Shown: piece after piece, positions 12,089-22,876 of the stretch
Numbering within the stretch: the stretch's first letter is position 1
How the letters are laid out: each line of letters starts with the position of its first letter
NCBI GenBank assembly: GCA_965147435.1
Contig: CBCTKC010000006.1
Span: forward strand, 29,168 to 93,167
Length of the DNA stretch: 64,000 bases
Direction of reading: 5' to 3'
DNA from: an uncultured Eggerthella sp.
GTDB lineage: Bacteria > Actinomycetota > Coriobacteriia > Coriobacteriales > Eggerthellaceae
The notes under the pieces: generated by a model
What the model saw: the letters and a program-made list of their open reading frames with translations, nothing else
Database searches by the model: none
What the model was told of the DNA's origin: nothing
Translations under genes and position numbers: made by a program

Positions 12089-12178
12089 TTGTTGGCGTAT
12101 TCCCAAAATGGTCTGTCGCTATTTAGTCGTGTGGGGTAGGATTGCCCTTGGTTCTTTGTTCGGTGGAAAGGAATTGCG

Positions 12179-12964
12179 ATGGGGAACAAGAAGTACTTCT
12201 TCTTTGATTACGATGGCACGCTGGCAGTGCCGCGTACCCGTTCAATTCCCCAAAGCACCCTCGAAGCCCTTGATGAATTGCGAGCGCAGGGGCATTTCAT
12301 TGCTTTGGCTACTGGACGATTGCAAGTAAATGCGGTTGATTACATCGATTCGGCTGGTATTACCAATATTGTTGCCGACGGAGGTTATTCAGTTACGTTG
12401 AACGGCGAGCTGAAGTGGATGGAGGGACTTCCGCTTGCTCCAGTGAAGAAATGCCTGCATATCCTTGAGGATCAGGGCATTCCCTGGGCGGTTAGCACCA
12501 CCAATGAGTTGGTGCGCTATTCCCCGCGGGAAGACTTTGCCGAGATAGCGGGTGATTACTATGTTCCTACCGAGTACGACCCCAATCTGCGCATTGATGA
12601 TTTGAACTGCATTTATAAAGCGTATATACCTTGTTCGACCAAGGACGAGGACATGGTGTTTGCTACAGGAGCCCTCAACGAGGTTCCCCATGTGCGCTAT
12701 GACTCTGACACCATCTTTGTTGAGCCGATGGATAAACAACGGGGCATTAAACGAATGATGAATTTGCTTGATGCGCCTTACGAAGATGTCGTGGTGTTCG
12801 GTGACGGCTTCAACGACGTTTCAATGTTTATTCCCGAGTGGACTTCGATTGCCATGGGAAACGCACGGCAGGTTTTGAAGGAGCGAGCGAATTTCGTTAC
12901 CACGAACTGTGATGATGACGGAATCATGAACGCTTGCAAGCACTATGGATGGATTCGAGGTTAG
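12179..12964 (+). CDS. Cof-type HAD-IIB hydrolase
   Basis: FFDYDGTL, ATGR, FGDGFNDVSM, AMGNA. Confidence 0.92.
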   Translation: MGNKKYFFFDYDGTLAVPRTRSIPQSTLEALDELRAQGHFIALATGRLQVNAVDYIDSAGITNIVADGGYSVTLNGELKWMEGLPLAPVKKCLHILEDQGIPWAVSTTNELVRYSPREDFAEIAGDYYVPTEYDPNLRIDDLNCIYKAYIPCSTKDEDMVFATGALNEVPHVRYDSDTIFVEPMDKQRGIKRMMNLLDAPYEDVVVFGDGFNDVSMFIPEWTSIAMGNARQVLKERANFVTTNCDDDGIMNACKHYGWIRG

Positions 12965-12965
12965 C

Positions 12966-13547
12966 ATGGGGCGTTTTAAAAACGCATGGCAGCATTTCTG
13001 CACCATCTCACATCATAAGGTTTTAGTTTGTCAGCATTGCTTCAAGGTCGGTTTATATCGCCAGGGCATTATGCATGATTTGTCTAAATACTCTTTGACG
13101 GAGTTCAGGGTGGGCGTTAATTACTATCAGGGCGATAGAAGTCCTAATACGGCCGAGCGTTCCGATTTGGGTTACTCTACGGCTTGGTTGCATCATAAGG
13201 GGCGCAATCGTCATCATTATGAGTATTGGATCGACATGAAGGGCAACCGTGACGCAACACTTGAAGGCAAGCCTATGCCCACGCGCTATGTGGTTGAGAT
13301 GTTCTGTGACCGTATGGCGGCTAGTAAGGTGTATCAAGGTAGCGCTTATACCGATGCAAGCTCGTTGGAGTATTTGAGGCTTGAGCAGAGCGCCAAGGGC
13401 GAGCTGCTGATGCATCCCGATACAAAGGCGCTTCTAGAGCGCATGCTTACCTGGCTTGCTGAAGATGGCGAGGAGATTGCCCTTCGTCGCGTGCGCAATG
13501 AAATAGTGAAGCCGCGTCACCGCGAACCAAATACCCCAAAGTTTTAG
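12966..13547 (+). CDS. DUF5662-like (HD-fold) protein
   Basis: HDLSKYS, AWLHHKGRNRHHYEYW, EMFCDR pattern. Confidence 0.7.
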   Translation: MGRFKNAWQHFCTISHHKVLVCQHCFKVGLYRQGIMHDLSKYSLTEFRVGVNYYQGDRSPNTAERSDLGYSTAWLHHKGRNRHHYEYWIDMKGNRDATLEGKPMPTRYVVEMFCDRMAASKVYQGSAYTDASSLEYLRLEQSAKGELLMHPDTKALLERMLTWLAEDGEEIALRRVRNEIVKPRHREPNTPKF

Positions 13548-13601
13548 TGAAGGCATAGGGATTGGGGATATAGGGGAGGTCTTATTTTCCCGTCTAACGA
13601 G

Positions 13602-13641
13602 AAGAGCCTCGCTTGCGACGTGTTGCGCAAGCGAGGCTCTT
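13602..13641. terminator. bidirectional terminator between convergent genes
   Basis: AAGAGCCTCGCTTGCG-8nt-CGCAAGCGAGGCTCTT. Confidence 0.7.
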
Positions 13642-13692
13642 CCTTTGTGCACCATAACAAGGTGAAAAATGGGACTTGCCCCTATATTCCCA

Positions 13693-14604
13693 CTATTCGG
13701 TTTCTTCAGGCTTCTTCTTTGGCTGGCGGACATTTACTTTCAGGCTTGCCAGGCTTACGCGCGAATGCGCTGGAATGGACTCGGTAACAAAAGCGCCGCC
13801 TGCTATGACGGTGTCTTCGCCGACGATGGTTTCTCCGCCCAAGACGCTGGCATTTGAGTAAATAGTCACGTTATCTTCGATGGTGGGGTGACGCTTCACG
13901 CCAGCAAGCTTTTGCCCCGCGCGAGTGGAAAGAGCGCCAAGCGTTACGCCTTGGTAGATCTTCACATGGTTGCCGATAACAGTGGTTTCGCCGATGACAA
14001 CACCCGTTGCATGGTCGATAAAGAAGTATTCGCCGATGGTTGCGCCTGCGTTGATGTCAACGCCAGTGCCGCTATGGGCGTATTCAGTCATGATGCGGGG
14101 GATAAGCGGGACGTTCTGCGTGTACAGTTCGTGAGCGATACGGTATACGAAGATAGCGAAGAAGCCCGGATACGAGAAGATAATTTCTTCTTTGCTTTGC
14201 GCGGCTGGGTCGCCATCAAAAGCGGCCTGAACATCGGTAAGCAGCACGCGCTGGATTTCGGGTAGCTTCTCGAAGAAATTCTTGCAGATCTCGTTTACGC
14301 GAGCCTCGACTTCCTCTTCGCTGATGTTTTCGGCTCCCTTGAACAGTAGTGCTTCTTTCAGCTGACGGCGCAAGGAATCTTCGATACGGATCAGCGTTTC
14401 GCCGATGAAGTATTCGGGGTTGGTGCCAGTGGGGGTTTCATCGCCGAAATAGCGAGGGAACATCACGCGGCGCAGATCCTTGATGATGTTGATGATGGCT
14501 CTCTTGTTGGGAAAGTGCTTGTCGGGGTCGGTGAAGAAGATCTCGGTGGCGCTGTAGTTTTTAGCGATACCGGCAACGATTGAGTCGAGGTTTTCGTTGA
14601 ACAT
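13693..14604 (-). CDS. cysE: serine O-acetyltransferase (EpsC/CysE type)
   Basis: [40 protein letters not shown]. Confidence 0.92.
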   Translation of the reverse strand: MFNENLDSIVAGIAKNYSATEIFFTDPDKHFPNKRAIINIIKDLRRVMFPRYFGDETPTGTNPEYFIGETLIRIEDSLRRQLKEALLFKGAENISEEEVEARVNEICKNFFEKLPEIQRVLLTDVQAAFDGDPAAQSKEEIIFSYPGFFAIFVYRIAHELYTQNVPLIPRIMTEYAHSGTGVDINAGATIGEYFFIDHATGVVIGETTVIGNHVKIYQGVTLGALSTRAGQKLAGVKRHPTIEDNVTIYSNASVLGGETIVGEDTVIAGGAFVTESIPAHSRVSLASLKVNVRQPKKKPEETE

Positions 14605-15063
14605 GCGGTCCTCTTTCGGTTGATGATGCGCTTTTGGTTAGTGGGCGCGTTTTTGTTTTTCCTATCGTAGCGTGAAGCGATGCGCACTCCAATACACGAA
14701 CCGTTAATTCCGACCATTTTTGTAGGTTTTTGGCACGGAAGCGTTGATCGGATGCGGTTGCCAGCCAGCTGCATCTATGCGACTACGGTAGTTGGGGTGT
14801 TTCAGGTGCTGGTAGAGCAGGCGTAAGCCAGATTGATGAGGAGGACATAGGCCAGAGCCAACTGGTGCGATGGATACCTATCAGATTAAAGATATGTGGG
14901 GAAATAGTTAGATAAACTAAGTAATTTGCAAAGTGCGCTACAGTTACATCTTGCAGTTATTGGACAAAACATGCATTTATGAAGAGAACTTAGCGCATTG
15001 TACGCAACGACAGTGGTGCGCATAGAGCCGCGTATGGTTTTTCGTGGCATTGAGGAGATCGAA

Positions 15064-15903
15064 TTGATTCGCATTATCGTTGATTCAGGATCCGACCTGT
15101 TGCCGGAGGTTGCCTGTGAGCACGACATTCAGGTTTTGCCTCTTCTCGCCAATGTGAATGGGGTCGAGTATCGCGATGGGATCGATCTGGAACGCGATGG
15201 CTTTTATGCGCTACTCGAAGAAACAGGCGCGTTCCCCAAGACCTCCCAAGTGTCACCCCATGCGTTCGCTGAGGCATTCAAAGAAGCGCGCGATTCAGGT
15301 GATGAGGTTATTGCCATTACTCTTTCCTCGGCGTTGAGCGGTACTTATCAAAGCGCCAAACTTGCACAAGCTATGGTGGGGGAAGAGGGCGTTTATGTCG
15401 TTGACTCCCTGACTGCAACGTATGCCATCGCCATGATTGCGGAATATGCCTGCGCGCTGCGTGACGAAGGCTTGTCGGCAAAGCAGATCGTTGCTGAAAT
15501 CGAACGATTCAAAGGTCGAGTGAAGCTGGTAGCCGTGCTTGACACGTTGGAGTACCTGCAGCGCGGTGGGCGCTTGCCCAAAGCCGCTGCCCGCTTGGGC
15601 GAGGCTGCTAAGCTGAAGCCCGTTGTGGTAATCAGCGAAGAGGGAGAGGTGGGCCTTAGCACCGCTGTGCTTGGGCGAAAACGCGCTCTCGATACGCTAT
15701 TGAAGAAGGTTGCTAAATATTCGGTTGATGCTTTCTTCCCGGCTATTCCGATTTATTCCTTTGGCACAAAAACGTGCGCGAAGATGGAGGACGAGATGAT
15801 AGGCGCTGGTATGAATTTGTCTGGCAGGCGTCAAATCGGGTTTGTAATCGGCTCCCATATTGGCCCAGGCGCTTACGGCGTTGTTTTTGTAGAACGGGAG
15901 TAA
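15064..15903 (+). CDS. DegV family fatty-acid-binding protein
   Basis: IIVDSGSDL, PKTSQ, LSSALSGTYQSA, YLQRGGR, HIGPG; TTG start after GAGGAG. Confidence 0.92.
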   Translation: MIRIIVDSGSDLLPEVACEHDIQVLPLLANVNGVEYRDGIDLERDGFYALLEETGAFPKTSQVSPHAFAEAFKEARDSGDEVIAITLSSALSGTYQSAKLAQAMVGEEGVYVVDSLTATYAIAMIAEYACALRDEGLSAKQIVAEIERFKGRVKLVAVLDTLEYLQRGGRLPKAAARLGEAAKLKPVVVISEEGEVGLSTAVLGRKRALDTLLKKVAKYSVDAFFPAIPIYSFGTKTCAKMEDEMIGAGMNLSGRRQIGFVIGSHIGPGAYGVVFVERE

Positions 15904-16052
15904 CTGCACCGAATCCCACGTCAGTCCGTTGAAAGTTCACTACGGCTAATTTCTGACGATATTCTTTCCGCTTACGGGTATCATGGGCATCGATAAAAAA
16001 TGCCCTTTGCACTGGGCATAAGGGCTGTAATGCAAGAATCGAGGGCTCCATA

Positions 16053-16970
16053 ATGCGTTTACTCGGCGAGGATATTACGGTATTGGCGGGACATGGTTTC
16101 GATGAAAAAGGACCGTATCTTCTCATCAACGATATAAGCAAAGCGGCGCAGTATCGTTTTAGTGTGAGGAATAGAGCATTCACTTTGAAACAACTGCCTG
16201 AACGGTATTGCGTTGGTAGGTTTGATTTGCTTACGCACCAGAAGAGCGTGTGTCCTTTGCAAGTGAAGTTGCTGCCTTCGGAGCAGGACAACATGTGTCC
16301 TGCTTGCAGAGAAGCAACGGGATTCAACCCATCTTTCTATTACGCTGAAACAATTTCGCCGCAGCAGCGCGCCTACAACGAAACGCCCCATTACGTATAT
16401 CTTGCCTATTTCTCTAAGCAGCATATTAAAGCGGGTATTTCATCGGAAACGCGAGGCATAGAACGTTTGTTGGAACAAGGAGCTCGCGCCGCTTGTATTG
16501 TTGGACGCTTTCCTGATGCGTATGAAGCTCGCATTTTGGAGGCTGCATTGTGCGCTCAGTCGCAGATACTGGAAACTATGCGTGCATCGGTGAAAGCGCG
16601 ATTACTTGCGGAAGAGCCCCATAAACCCGTGGAGGCTTGCGAGGCGCTAGAAGCTAGGGCGAGTGCTCTGGCACAGATCGATGAGGTGACCCGTGCGGGG
16701 TTCTCGTTGAAGGAACCAGCCCAGGATCTTTCTCATTATTATTTTGGCGGCCCTTCGCCTGATGTCAGTGAGTTACAGTTGCCGAAAGGCCATGAAACCG
16801 AATGCGCGGGAGAGTGCCTTGGAATGGTTGGGGATAAACTAGTTATGAGGCAGGGTAATTTCGGGTATGTGGTTTCCCTTAAAGAATGGGTTGCTCATGC
16901 GATCGATCTTTTTGAGGGAGAGGTTAACTTCGAATATGAGTCGGCACCGCAGCAGATTTCATTATTCTAG
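16053..16970 (+). CDS. DUF2797-like protein
   Basis: Cys cluster (YCVG, CP, CPAC), HYVYLA, KAGIS, RLLEQGA pattern. Confidence 0.7.
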   Translation: MRLLGEDITVLAGHGFDEKGPYLLINDISKAAQYRFSVRNRAFTLKQLPERYCVGRFDLLTHQKSVCPLQVKLLPSEQDNMCPACREATGFNPSFYYAETISPQQRAYNETPHYVYLAYFSKQHIKAGISSETRGIERLLEQGARAACIVGRFPDAYEARILEAALCAQSQILETMRASVKARLLAEEPHKPVEACEALEARASALAQIDEVTRAGFSLKEPAQDLSHYYFGGPSPDVSELQLPKGHETECAGECLGMVGDKLVMRQGNFGYVVSLKEWVAHAIDLFEGEVNFEYESAPQQISLF

Positions 16971-17037
16971 CTCTGAGTGCTTGGGGCTCTACAAATGCTT
17001 TAGTTTTAAGCGTCGTTCCGGTTTCGGGCGGCGCTTT

Positions 17038-17607
17038 CTATTTTCTCAGGGAAGCTTCTCCAGAAACGAGACTTTTAGAAAGCTCGGCTAAACGCTTAGC
17101 CGAAAGATGCTTTCCCTCTTTAACCCACTGTCGATAGAGGGTTAGCGCTGTATTACAGCTAAACATAAGAACAAGGGATATTTCGGCAGCGGAAAGGCGC
17201 CCGAACTTTCGGGTATTGATGCGCTGAAGTTCGGTTAATCGGGCAATGAGTGTGCTGCTGATGCTTTCCGAGCTGGTACCGCAAATCAAGCATTCGTATA
17301 CGGGATTCTGATTTCCTCCCTCGCAGAGATGGAGGATCAATTCGGCGACGAACTGCTCGTTGTTTTCAGGCAGATTCAAACCTTCGGTTTTGTCGAGAAA
17401 CGACCCTATGAAAACGTCGAGGTATTCCTGGGCAAGGTTTTCAAGTGCAGGGTAATGACGGTAGAACGTCTTTTTGCCGATGCGTGCTTGGCGGCATAGT
17501 TCAGCAACGGTAATGGACTCGAACGCTTGTTTGCCAGCGAGCTCTTCAAAGGATCCGTGGATGGCGTCAAGGGTCTTTACGATGCGAAGGTCGGTAGCGT
17601 TGGCCAT
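17038..17607 (-). CDS. TetR/AcrR family regulator
   Basis: DLRIVKT...ITVAELCRQARIGKKTFYRHY HTH; ATG after AAGGAG. Confidence 0.88.
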   Translation of the reverse strand: MANATDLRIVKTLDAIHGSFEELAGKQAFESITVAELCRQARIGKKTFYRHYPALENLAQEYLDVFIGSFLDKTEGLNLPENNEQFVAELILHLCEGGNQNPVYECLICGTSSESISSTLIARLTELQRINTRKFGRLSAAEISLVLMFSCNTALTLYRQWVKEGKHLSAKRLAELSKSLVSGEASLRK

Positions 17608-17857
17608 TCGTTTCTCCTTGCTGCTTTTGGGTGCTTGTCTGCCTGTTTGATTCATAGTACCCAATAACACTGCAGGATTGGATTATCATGACGAATAACA
17701 CATGGGTATATTAAGCTATCTAAGTATCGCAACTATTTATAATCCCAGGTAAGAACGGTGCTACTAGAGTGCTGTAGGTATGGGTTTTGGCATAAGAAAG
17801 GGCAGCTGTTTTGCTGCCCCGATTCAATAATGGTTTAATTCAAAGCGTCTGCGTGTG

Positions 17858-18430
17858 TTATTTTCCGGATGCTTTCTCTAAGGCTTCAGACAAAAGCGCA
17901 TCTACATTTGCCCCGATTACATCTAAACCTGCGGCGCTTACGCATTCCGTTTTCTCAATGCCATACAAGCGGGCAAGGACAGCGATGTTTTGGTAACCGC
18001 AGTCCGCTTCATCGGGAAGCGCGCCTCCTCGAGTGGTGACGTACGTGAGCTTGTCGGCCTTGCAGAGTCCAACGGGGCCATGCTCAGTGAAGAGATAGTT
18101 GACCCCCACTATATCGATGTGCTCGATATATGTTTTCAGCGAGGCTGGGTAGCTGGAAGCCCAAAAGGGGGCCGCAATAACGATCCGGTCGGCATCGCGG
18201 AACTGACGGGCGTAGGAAAATACCCCATCGTCGAATTTGCCCTTTTGCTCCAATGCTTGTCGCGCATTCAGCGATTCGGTAGTGAGTGGGGCGAGTTTTT
18301 CTTCTTCGAGGACGATCTCTGTAACCTCAAAGGGCTCTTTTGTCTGCATTGCCTCAATAACACCTCTGGCGAGTTTCAGAGTGCGGGAAGTTGCGCGATT
18401 CACGCAGGCATTTACGAAAAGCAGTTTCAT
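17858..18430 (-). CDS. FMN-dependent NADH-azoreductase / flavodoxin-2 family
   Basis: SRTLKLA, ADRIVIAAPFW, LKTYIE, YVTTRGG. Confidence 0.85.
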   Translation of the reverse strand: MKLLFVNACVNRATSRTLKLARGVIEAMQTKEPFEVTEIVLEEEKLAPLTTESLNARQALEQKGKFDDGVFSYARQFRDADRIVIAAPFWASSYPASLKTYIEHIDIVGVNYLFTEHGPVGLCKADKLTYVTTRGGALPDEADCGYQNIAVLARLYGIEKTECVSAAGLDVIGANVDALLSEALEKASGK

Positions 18431-18461
18431 TATGGGTCCTTCTTCTGTTGGATCAATACGA

Positions 18462-18496
18462 GAAAGCCCCTTTAGCGTAACGCTAAAGGGGCTTTC
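18462..18496 (-). terminator. terminator hairpin after the aminotransferase gene
   Basis: 16-bp perfect stem GAAAGCCCCTTTAGCG-TAA-CGCTAAAGGGGCTTTC. Confidence 0.7.
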
Positions 18497-18538
18497 GTGA
18501 TCTGGTTTGTTGTGTTTGATCGGATGATCGTTGGATGG

Positions 18539-20101
18539 CTATGCCTGTCGATAGTGGTGCAGGAAGTCGTCCAGATTGGTCATGCATTCACTGAGCACTT
18601 CGATGCGCGGCAGATATACCACGCGGAAATGGTCGGGCTGTTGCCAGTTGAAGCCCTTGCCTGGTACCAGCAGGATCTTCTTTTCGTGCAGCAAATCAAG
18701 AGCAAATTGCTCATCGTTAGTAATATTGAATTTCTTTGCGTCAATTTTCGGGAAGATGTAGAAGCCGCCCTTGGGCTTTACCGCGGTAATACCGTCGATG
18801 CTGTTGAGGGCGTTGTACACGTATTCACGTTGTTCGTATACGCGTCCGCCGGGAACCACATAGCTTTCTACGCTTTGGTGTCCCCAAAGCGCTGTTTGAA
18901 CGATGCTTTGCGCGGGAACGTTGGAGCACAGGCGCATGTTCGAGAGCATATCGATTCCCAGGATGAAGTCACGAGCGCAGTCGCGGTTGCCGGAAAGAAC
19001 CATCCAGCCAATGCGATAGCCGGCAATCATGTGGCTCTTCGAGAGGCCGCTGAAGGTGACGCAGAACAGGTCGGGAGCCATGCTGGCGATAGACACATGC
19101 TCTTCACCGTCGAACACCAGGCGGTCATAAATCTCATCGGAGAAGATCATGAGCTGGTGCTTGCGAGCCACATCGACTATCTCCTGCAACACTTCGCGCG
19201 GGTACAGTGCGCCCGTGGGATTGTTGGGGTTGATGATGACGATGGCCTTGGTGCGCGGTGTGATTTTGCTTTCGATGTCTTGAATGTCGGGATACCACTC
19301 CGCCTGTTCGTCGCAAATGTAGTGAACGGGATTGCCTCCAGCAAGGGTTGCGCAAGCTGTCCAAAGCGGGTAGTCGGGGCTTGGGATAAGGATCTCGTCG
19401 CCATTATCGAGAAGAGCTTGCATGCACAGATTGATAAGCTCGCTCACGCCGTTACCGGTGTAAATGCTGTCCATGTCCACGTTGGGCAGGCCTTTGATCT
19501 GAGAGTACTGCATGATGGCCTTGCGGGCGCTGAAGAGTCCCTTCGAATCGCTGTAGCCTTCGCAGTCGGGTAGCTGGTGACGCATGTCCTGCACAACTTC
19601 ATCTGGGGTGCGGAAACCAAAGGGGGCGGGGTTGCCGATGTTGAGCTTCAGGATGCGCATGCCTTGGCGTTCCATGCGTGCCGCTTCGTCAACAACCGGG
19701 CCTCGAACGTCGTACAGGACGTTGTCGAGCTTGGAGGATTTCTTGAACTGACGCATGGGTGCACTTCCTTCTGTGATGGTTACAGCAGTACCGCTTGTTT
19801 GTTCGCTGCTGGCTTCTGTGGTGTTGCCTTTGATGGTTGCAGTGGTTGCCGGCTTGGCTTGGGCGGGGTTATCCTCGCGAGTTTTACCTTCGGCGAGCCA
19901 TGATGTAGGAACGTTTAGTGTTTGGGCTAGCGCCGCCATGACGTCGGGACGGGGAATCGTTTTTCCGCTTGCATATTGGCTTACCTGACTTTTGCCCAGT
20001 TTGAATCCAAAAGCTTCAGCGGCATGGATGAGGTCGGTTTGTTTCATGTTAGCGCTGCGCATGGCAGCTTTAAGCCGATCGGAAAACGTTTGCTGCGCCA
20101 C
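18539..20101 (-). CDS. alaA: XRE-family HTH fused to AlaA-type PLP-dependent aminotransferase
   Basis: N-terminal FSDRLK...KSQVSQYASGKTIPR HTH; then YDVRGP, LNIGNPA, INPNNPTG, DEIYD, SGLSKSH. Confidence 0.9.
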   Translation of the reverse strand: MAQQTFSDRLKAAMRSANMKQTDLIHAAEAFGFKLGKSQVSQYASGKTIPRPDVMAALAQTLNVPTSWLAEGKTREDNPAQAKPATTATIKGNTTEASSEQTSGTAVTITEGSAPMRQFKKSSKLDNVLYDVRGPVVDEAARMERQGMRILKLNIGNPAPFGFRTPDEVVQDMRHQLPDCEGYSDSKGLFSARKAIMQYSQIKGLPNVDMDSIYTGNGVSELINLCMQALLDNGDEILIPSPDYPLWTACATLAGGNPVHYICDEQAEWYPDIQDIESKITPRTKAIVIINPNNPTGALYPREVLQEIVDVARKHQLMIFSDEIYDRLVFDGEEHVSIASMAPDLFCVTFSGLSKSHMIAGYRIGWMVLSGNRDCARDFILGIDMLSNMRLCSNVPAQSIVQTALWGHQSVESYVVPGGRVYEQREYVYNALNSIDGITAVKPKGGFYIFPKIDAKKFNITNDEQFALDLLHEKKILLVPGKGFNWQQPDHFRVVYLPRIEVLSECMTNLDDFLHHYRQA

Positions 20102-20112
20102 GTTGTCTCCTT

Positions 20113-20226
20113 AAGTTCAAACCTTCTTTGAACTTTTCTTAGCACTGAAGTGAAAAGTTCAATTTATAGAAGGATAGCATGCTATTAAATTGAACTGAAG
20201 AGAATGTCGGTAAAGTAAATTGAACT
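20113..20226. promoter_or_regulatory. putative operator array (five AGTTCAA/TTGAACT half-sites)
   Basis: AAGTTCAA-7-TTGAACTT at 20113-20135; AGTTCAATTTA at 20156; TAAATTGAACT at 20186 and 20216. Confidence 0.65.
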
Positions 20227-20349
20227 AGTGCTACAAAAAAGCGAGCGGCAACGTGCCGTTCGCTTGAAAGAGTTAGGGGTGGGTTGTTTCCCGCTCGCAT
20301 CGTGTTAAGTGCGAATAGTGGGAAAAGGGGACCTGTTCCTATATTCCCA

Positions 20350-20574
20350 CTATTCCTGCAGACCCTCGATGTAGTTGATCAGGTCGCCTACGGTTTCCAG
20401 GTCTTCGGGCTCGCCGAACTCGATGCCGCATTCGTCTTCCAGATCACAGATGAGTTCAACCATGTCCAAGGAATCAATTCCCAGAGAATCGAAGGTAGCG
20501 TCTTCGGTAACCTGCTCGGGCTCGATGTCGAGGTTGTTGTTAAGAAGGGTGGTAATGGTGTTCATGATATCCAT
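20350..20574 (-). CDS. acpP: acyl carrier protein
   Basis: 74-aa acidic protein with LGIDSLDMVEL motif. Confidence 0.9.
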   Translation of the reverse strand: MDIMNTITTLLNNNLDIEPEQVTEDATFDSLGIDSLDMVELICDLEDECGIEFGEPEDLETVGDLINYIEGLQE

Positions 20575-20694
20575 GATGAAAATCCTTTCATTGTGCGGTA
20601 AAACGCGAGGACATTGTACCCGATTACGCCGTATCGACGCGCGAAAGCGCGAGATCCTAACGAATTAGCACCGAGGGGAATTGCAAAGTGGAAA

Positions 20695-20791
20695 TGGCGG
20701 AGACGTGTGCGAATCGAACACACCTGAGACGTTCTGCGCGCCTCTCAACGGCTTTGAAGGCCGTGGGACCCACCAGGACCCATCCGTCTCC
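20695..20791 (-). tRNA. selC: tRNA-Sec (anticodon UCA)
   Basis: GGAGACG...CT-TCA-AA...long variable arm...GTTCGATT...CGTCTCC-G-CCA; 6-bp D stem with 4-nt loop; downstream of selB. Confidence 0.96.
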
Positions 20792-20921
20792 CTATAGAAA
20801 CCGTGCCCATAATACCTTTTCAGGCGCGAGAAATCAGACTTTTACCGCTTAATTCGGTAATCGGCAAAAGCTGGACAGGCGGTCTTTTATCTGTTTAGCG
20901 GATAGAGGGTCGCCTGCATAT

Positions 20922-22862
20922 TTAAGCTAAGCATCTTTGGTCTCCCGATCGTTTCGTGATGCGCTTTTCGTCAAAGTATTCAAGAAGGGGAATGGCGTAC
21001 TTACGGCTTGTGCCCATCGCGTCTTTTAGCTCGGTTGCTGTGGCGCTCCCTTTTTCCTGGAGGCATTTAATGGTTGCTTCCTGCAATTGCTGCAGTGATT
21101 CTGCGGTAAAGCAGTAGGTTTTGTTCACGCGCAATGCCCGTCCTTGTTGCTCAAGCGCCAAGAGCGCTTTGCGGCCTTGCGCGGCATTAAGCCCTGCCTC
21201 CTCGAAGATATCATCAACAGGGGGTGGGGTAGTGCCATACGAATGCAACGCGGCGTAGAGGCAATCGGCTGCCTGCTTTTCAAGATTGCGGGCTCCGGCT
21301 CCTGCCTTCGGGTGGCTGATCTCGTTTTTCTCAAGGACAAGCTTTCCTCTTGTTATGGCTTCTTCCAGCAAAGCCTTAAAGCATTCTTCTGGTAGATGAC
21401 GTGGGTAGCGCTGATTAAGGGCGTTGATTGCCAAGCCGGTAGCAGCTGGTTCGTTTGCGTGGAAGGACACCAGGATATTCTCCATGGCCATGATGTGCCG
21501 TTGAACCGTGGTGCGCTTGGCCCATAGTTCATGGTTTGTACCCAATGATGTGTACTCAGGGCGTTTGGCGCTTTTGGCCTCCGACCCAAGCAATTTGGCA
21601 ATGCGCTCCACAGGGAGGTTGGCTATACGGGAAATCTCCTTTTCCGAAATGGGGATATCGTACGAATCGATAATCGCATGGCAGATGGCAAGATCGTCGC
21701 TTTCCGCTAAGGCGGCCAAAAGTGAGCGGTCTGCATCCTTCAGATTCGTTCGGTGACGCGGGATGCTGTTAAGGACGGTGCCGCCACCGATAACGCGAAC
21801 TGGTGAAAATGATCGGACGATAAAGCGGTCGCTGCGTGAAATGGGCAAGGGTACGTCAAGGCGTATCTGCGCAAAGGCGGTTTGCCCTGGGGCGAGTTCG
21901 CTGAGGCCATCCATCAAAAGAAGACGCCCCGTTACTTCTCGGGTGCCGTGTGCAATGTGCACGGTTGATCCGCTCTTGAATGGCTTTGCCTGCGTGTTGG
22001 TTGCTGGCAGGTAGGTAAACTGAGCGTCAAAACGGTTGCTTGCCTCCAAAGTGCCTGGCGTTATCAGGAAATCGCCAGGGTCGAGGTCTTCTTTTTTAAC
22101 GCTGACCAAATTCAATGCGGTTCGGTTGCCGGCAAGGCTTTCTTGAACCTCCGACCCATGAACCTGCACCGACCTTACGCGCGTGAGGATGCCCGAAGGA
22201 ACCACCTCAAGTTCCATGTCGGGCACGACAGACCCCTGCCATAGGGTTCCCGTTACAACCGTGCCTGCGCCTTTGATAGTGAAAACGCGATCGATGGGAA
22301 GACGGACGGGACCTTCCTTAAAGGCGCTTCTCAATTTCCGTGCCTGATCAGCAAGAACGTTCTTCAGCTCATCGAGCCCCTGTCCAGTTCGTGCGGAGAC
22401 GGGAACAAGCGGAGCATCGGCAAAGGGCGTTCCTTCTAAGCCTGTCCGCACTTCCTCGCTTACCAGCTCAATCCATTCTTCATCCACAAGATCGCATTTG
22501 GTGAGGGCGATAACGCAATTGGTAATGCCGAGCAGTTGAAGGACCGCGGTGTGCTCGCGTGTTTGGGGCATGATCCCGTCATCTGCCGCTATGCACAAAA
22601 GGGCAAGGTCGATGCCTGAAGCGCCGGCGATCATTTGACGAACGAAGCGTTCGTGACCCGGCACATCTACCACGCCGAGAGACGTTCCGTCGGGAAGGGG
22701 GAGGCGGGCAAATCCCAGTTCAATGGTGATTCCCCTGCGCTTTTCTTCGGCAAGGCGGTCTGGGTCAGTGCCGGTAAGCGCTTCGATCAATGTCGATTTG
22801 CCGTGATCGATATGGCCGGCAGTGCCGACGATAAGGGGGCTTTCGCTTTTATGATGTGCCAT
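20922..22862 (-). CDS. selB: selenocysteine-specific elongation factor
   Basis: [29 protein letters not shown]-terminal [13 protein letters not shown]. Confidence 0.97.
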   Translation of the reverse strand: MAHHKSESPLIVGTAGHIDHGKSTLIEALTGTDPDRLAEEKRRGITIELGFARLPLPDGTSLGVVDVPGHERFVRQMIAGASGIDLALLCIAADDGIMPQTREHTAVLQLLGITNCVIALTKCDLVDEEWIELVSEEVRTGLEGTPFADAPLVPVSARTGQGLDELKNVLADQARKLRSAFKEGPVRLPIDRVFTIKGAGTVVTGTLWQGSVVPDMELEVVPSGILTRVRSVQVHGSEVQESLAGNRTALNLVSVKKEDLDPGDFLITPGTLEASNRFDAQFTYLPATNTQAKPFKSGSTVHIAHGTREVTGRLLLMDGLSELAPGQTAFAQIRLDVPLPISRSDRFIVRSFSPVRVIGGGTVLNSIPRHRTNLKDADRSLLAALAESDDLAICHAIIDSYDIPISEKEISRIANLPVERIAKLLGSEAKSAKRPEYTSLGTNHELWAKRTTVQRHIMAMENILVSFHANEPAATGLAINALNQRYPRHLPEECFKALLEEAITRGKLVLEKNEISHPKAGAGARNLEKQAADCLYAALHSYGTTPPPVDDIFEEAGLNAAQGRKALLALEQQGRALRVNKTYCFTAESLQQLQEATIKCLQEKGSATATELKDAMGTSRKYAIPLLEYFDEKRITKRSGDQRCLA

Positions 22863-22876
22863 AAGGGATCTCCAAA

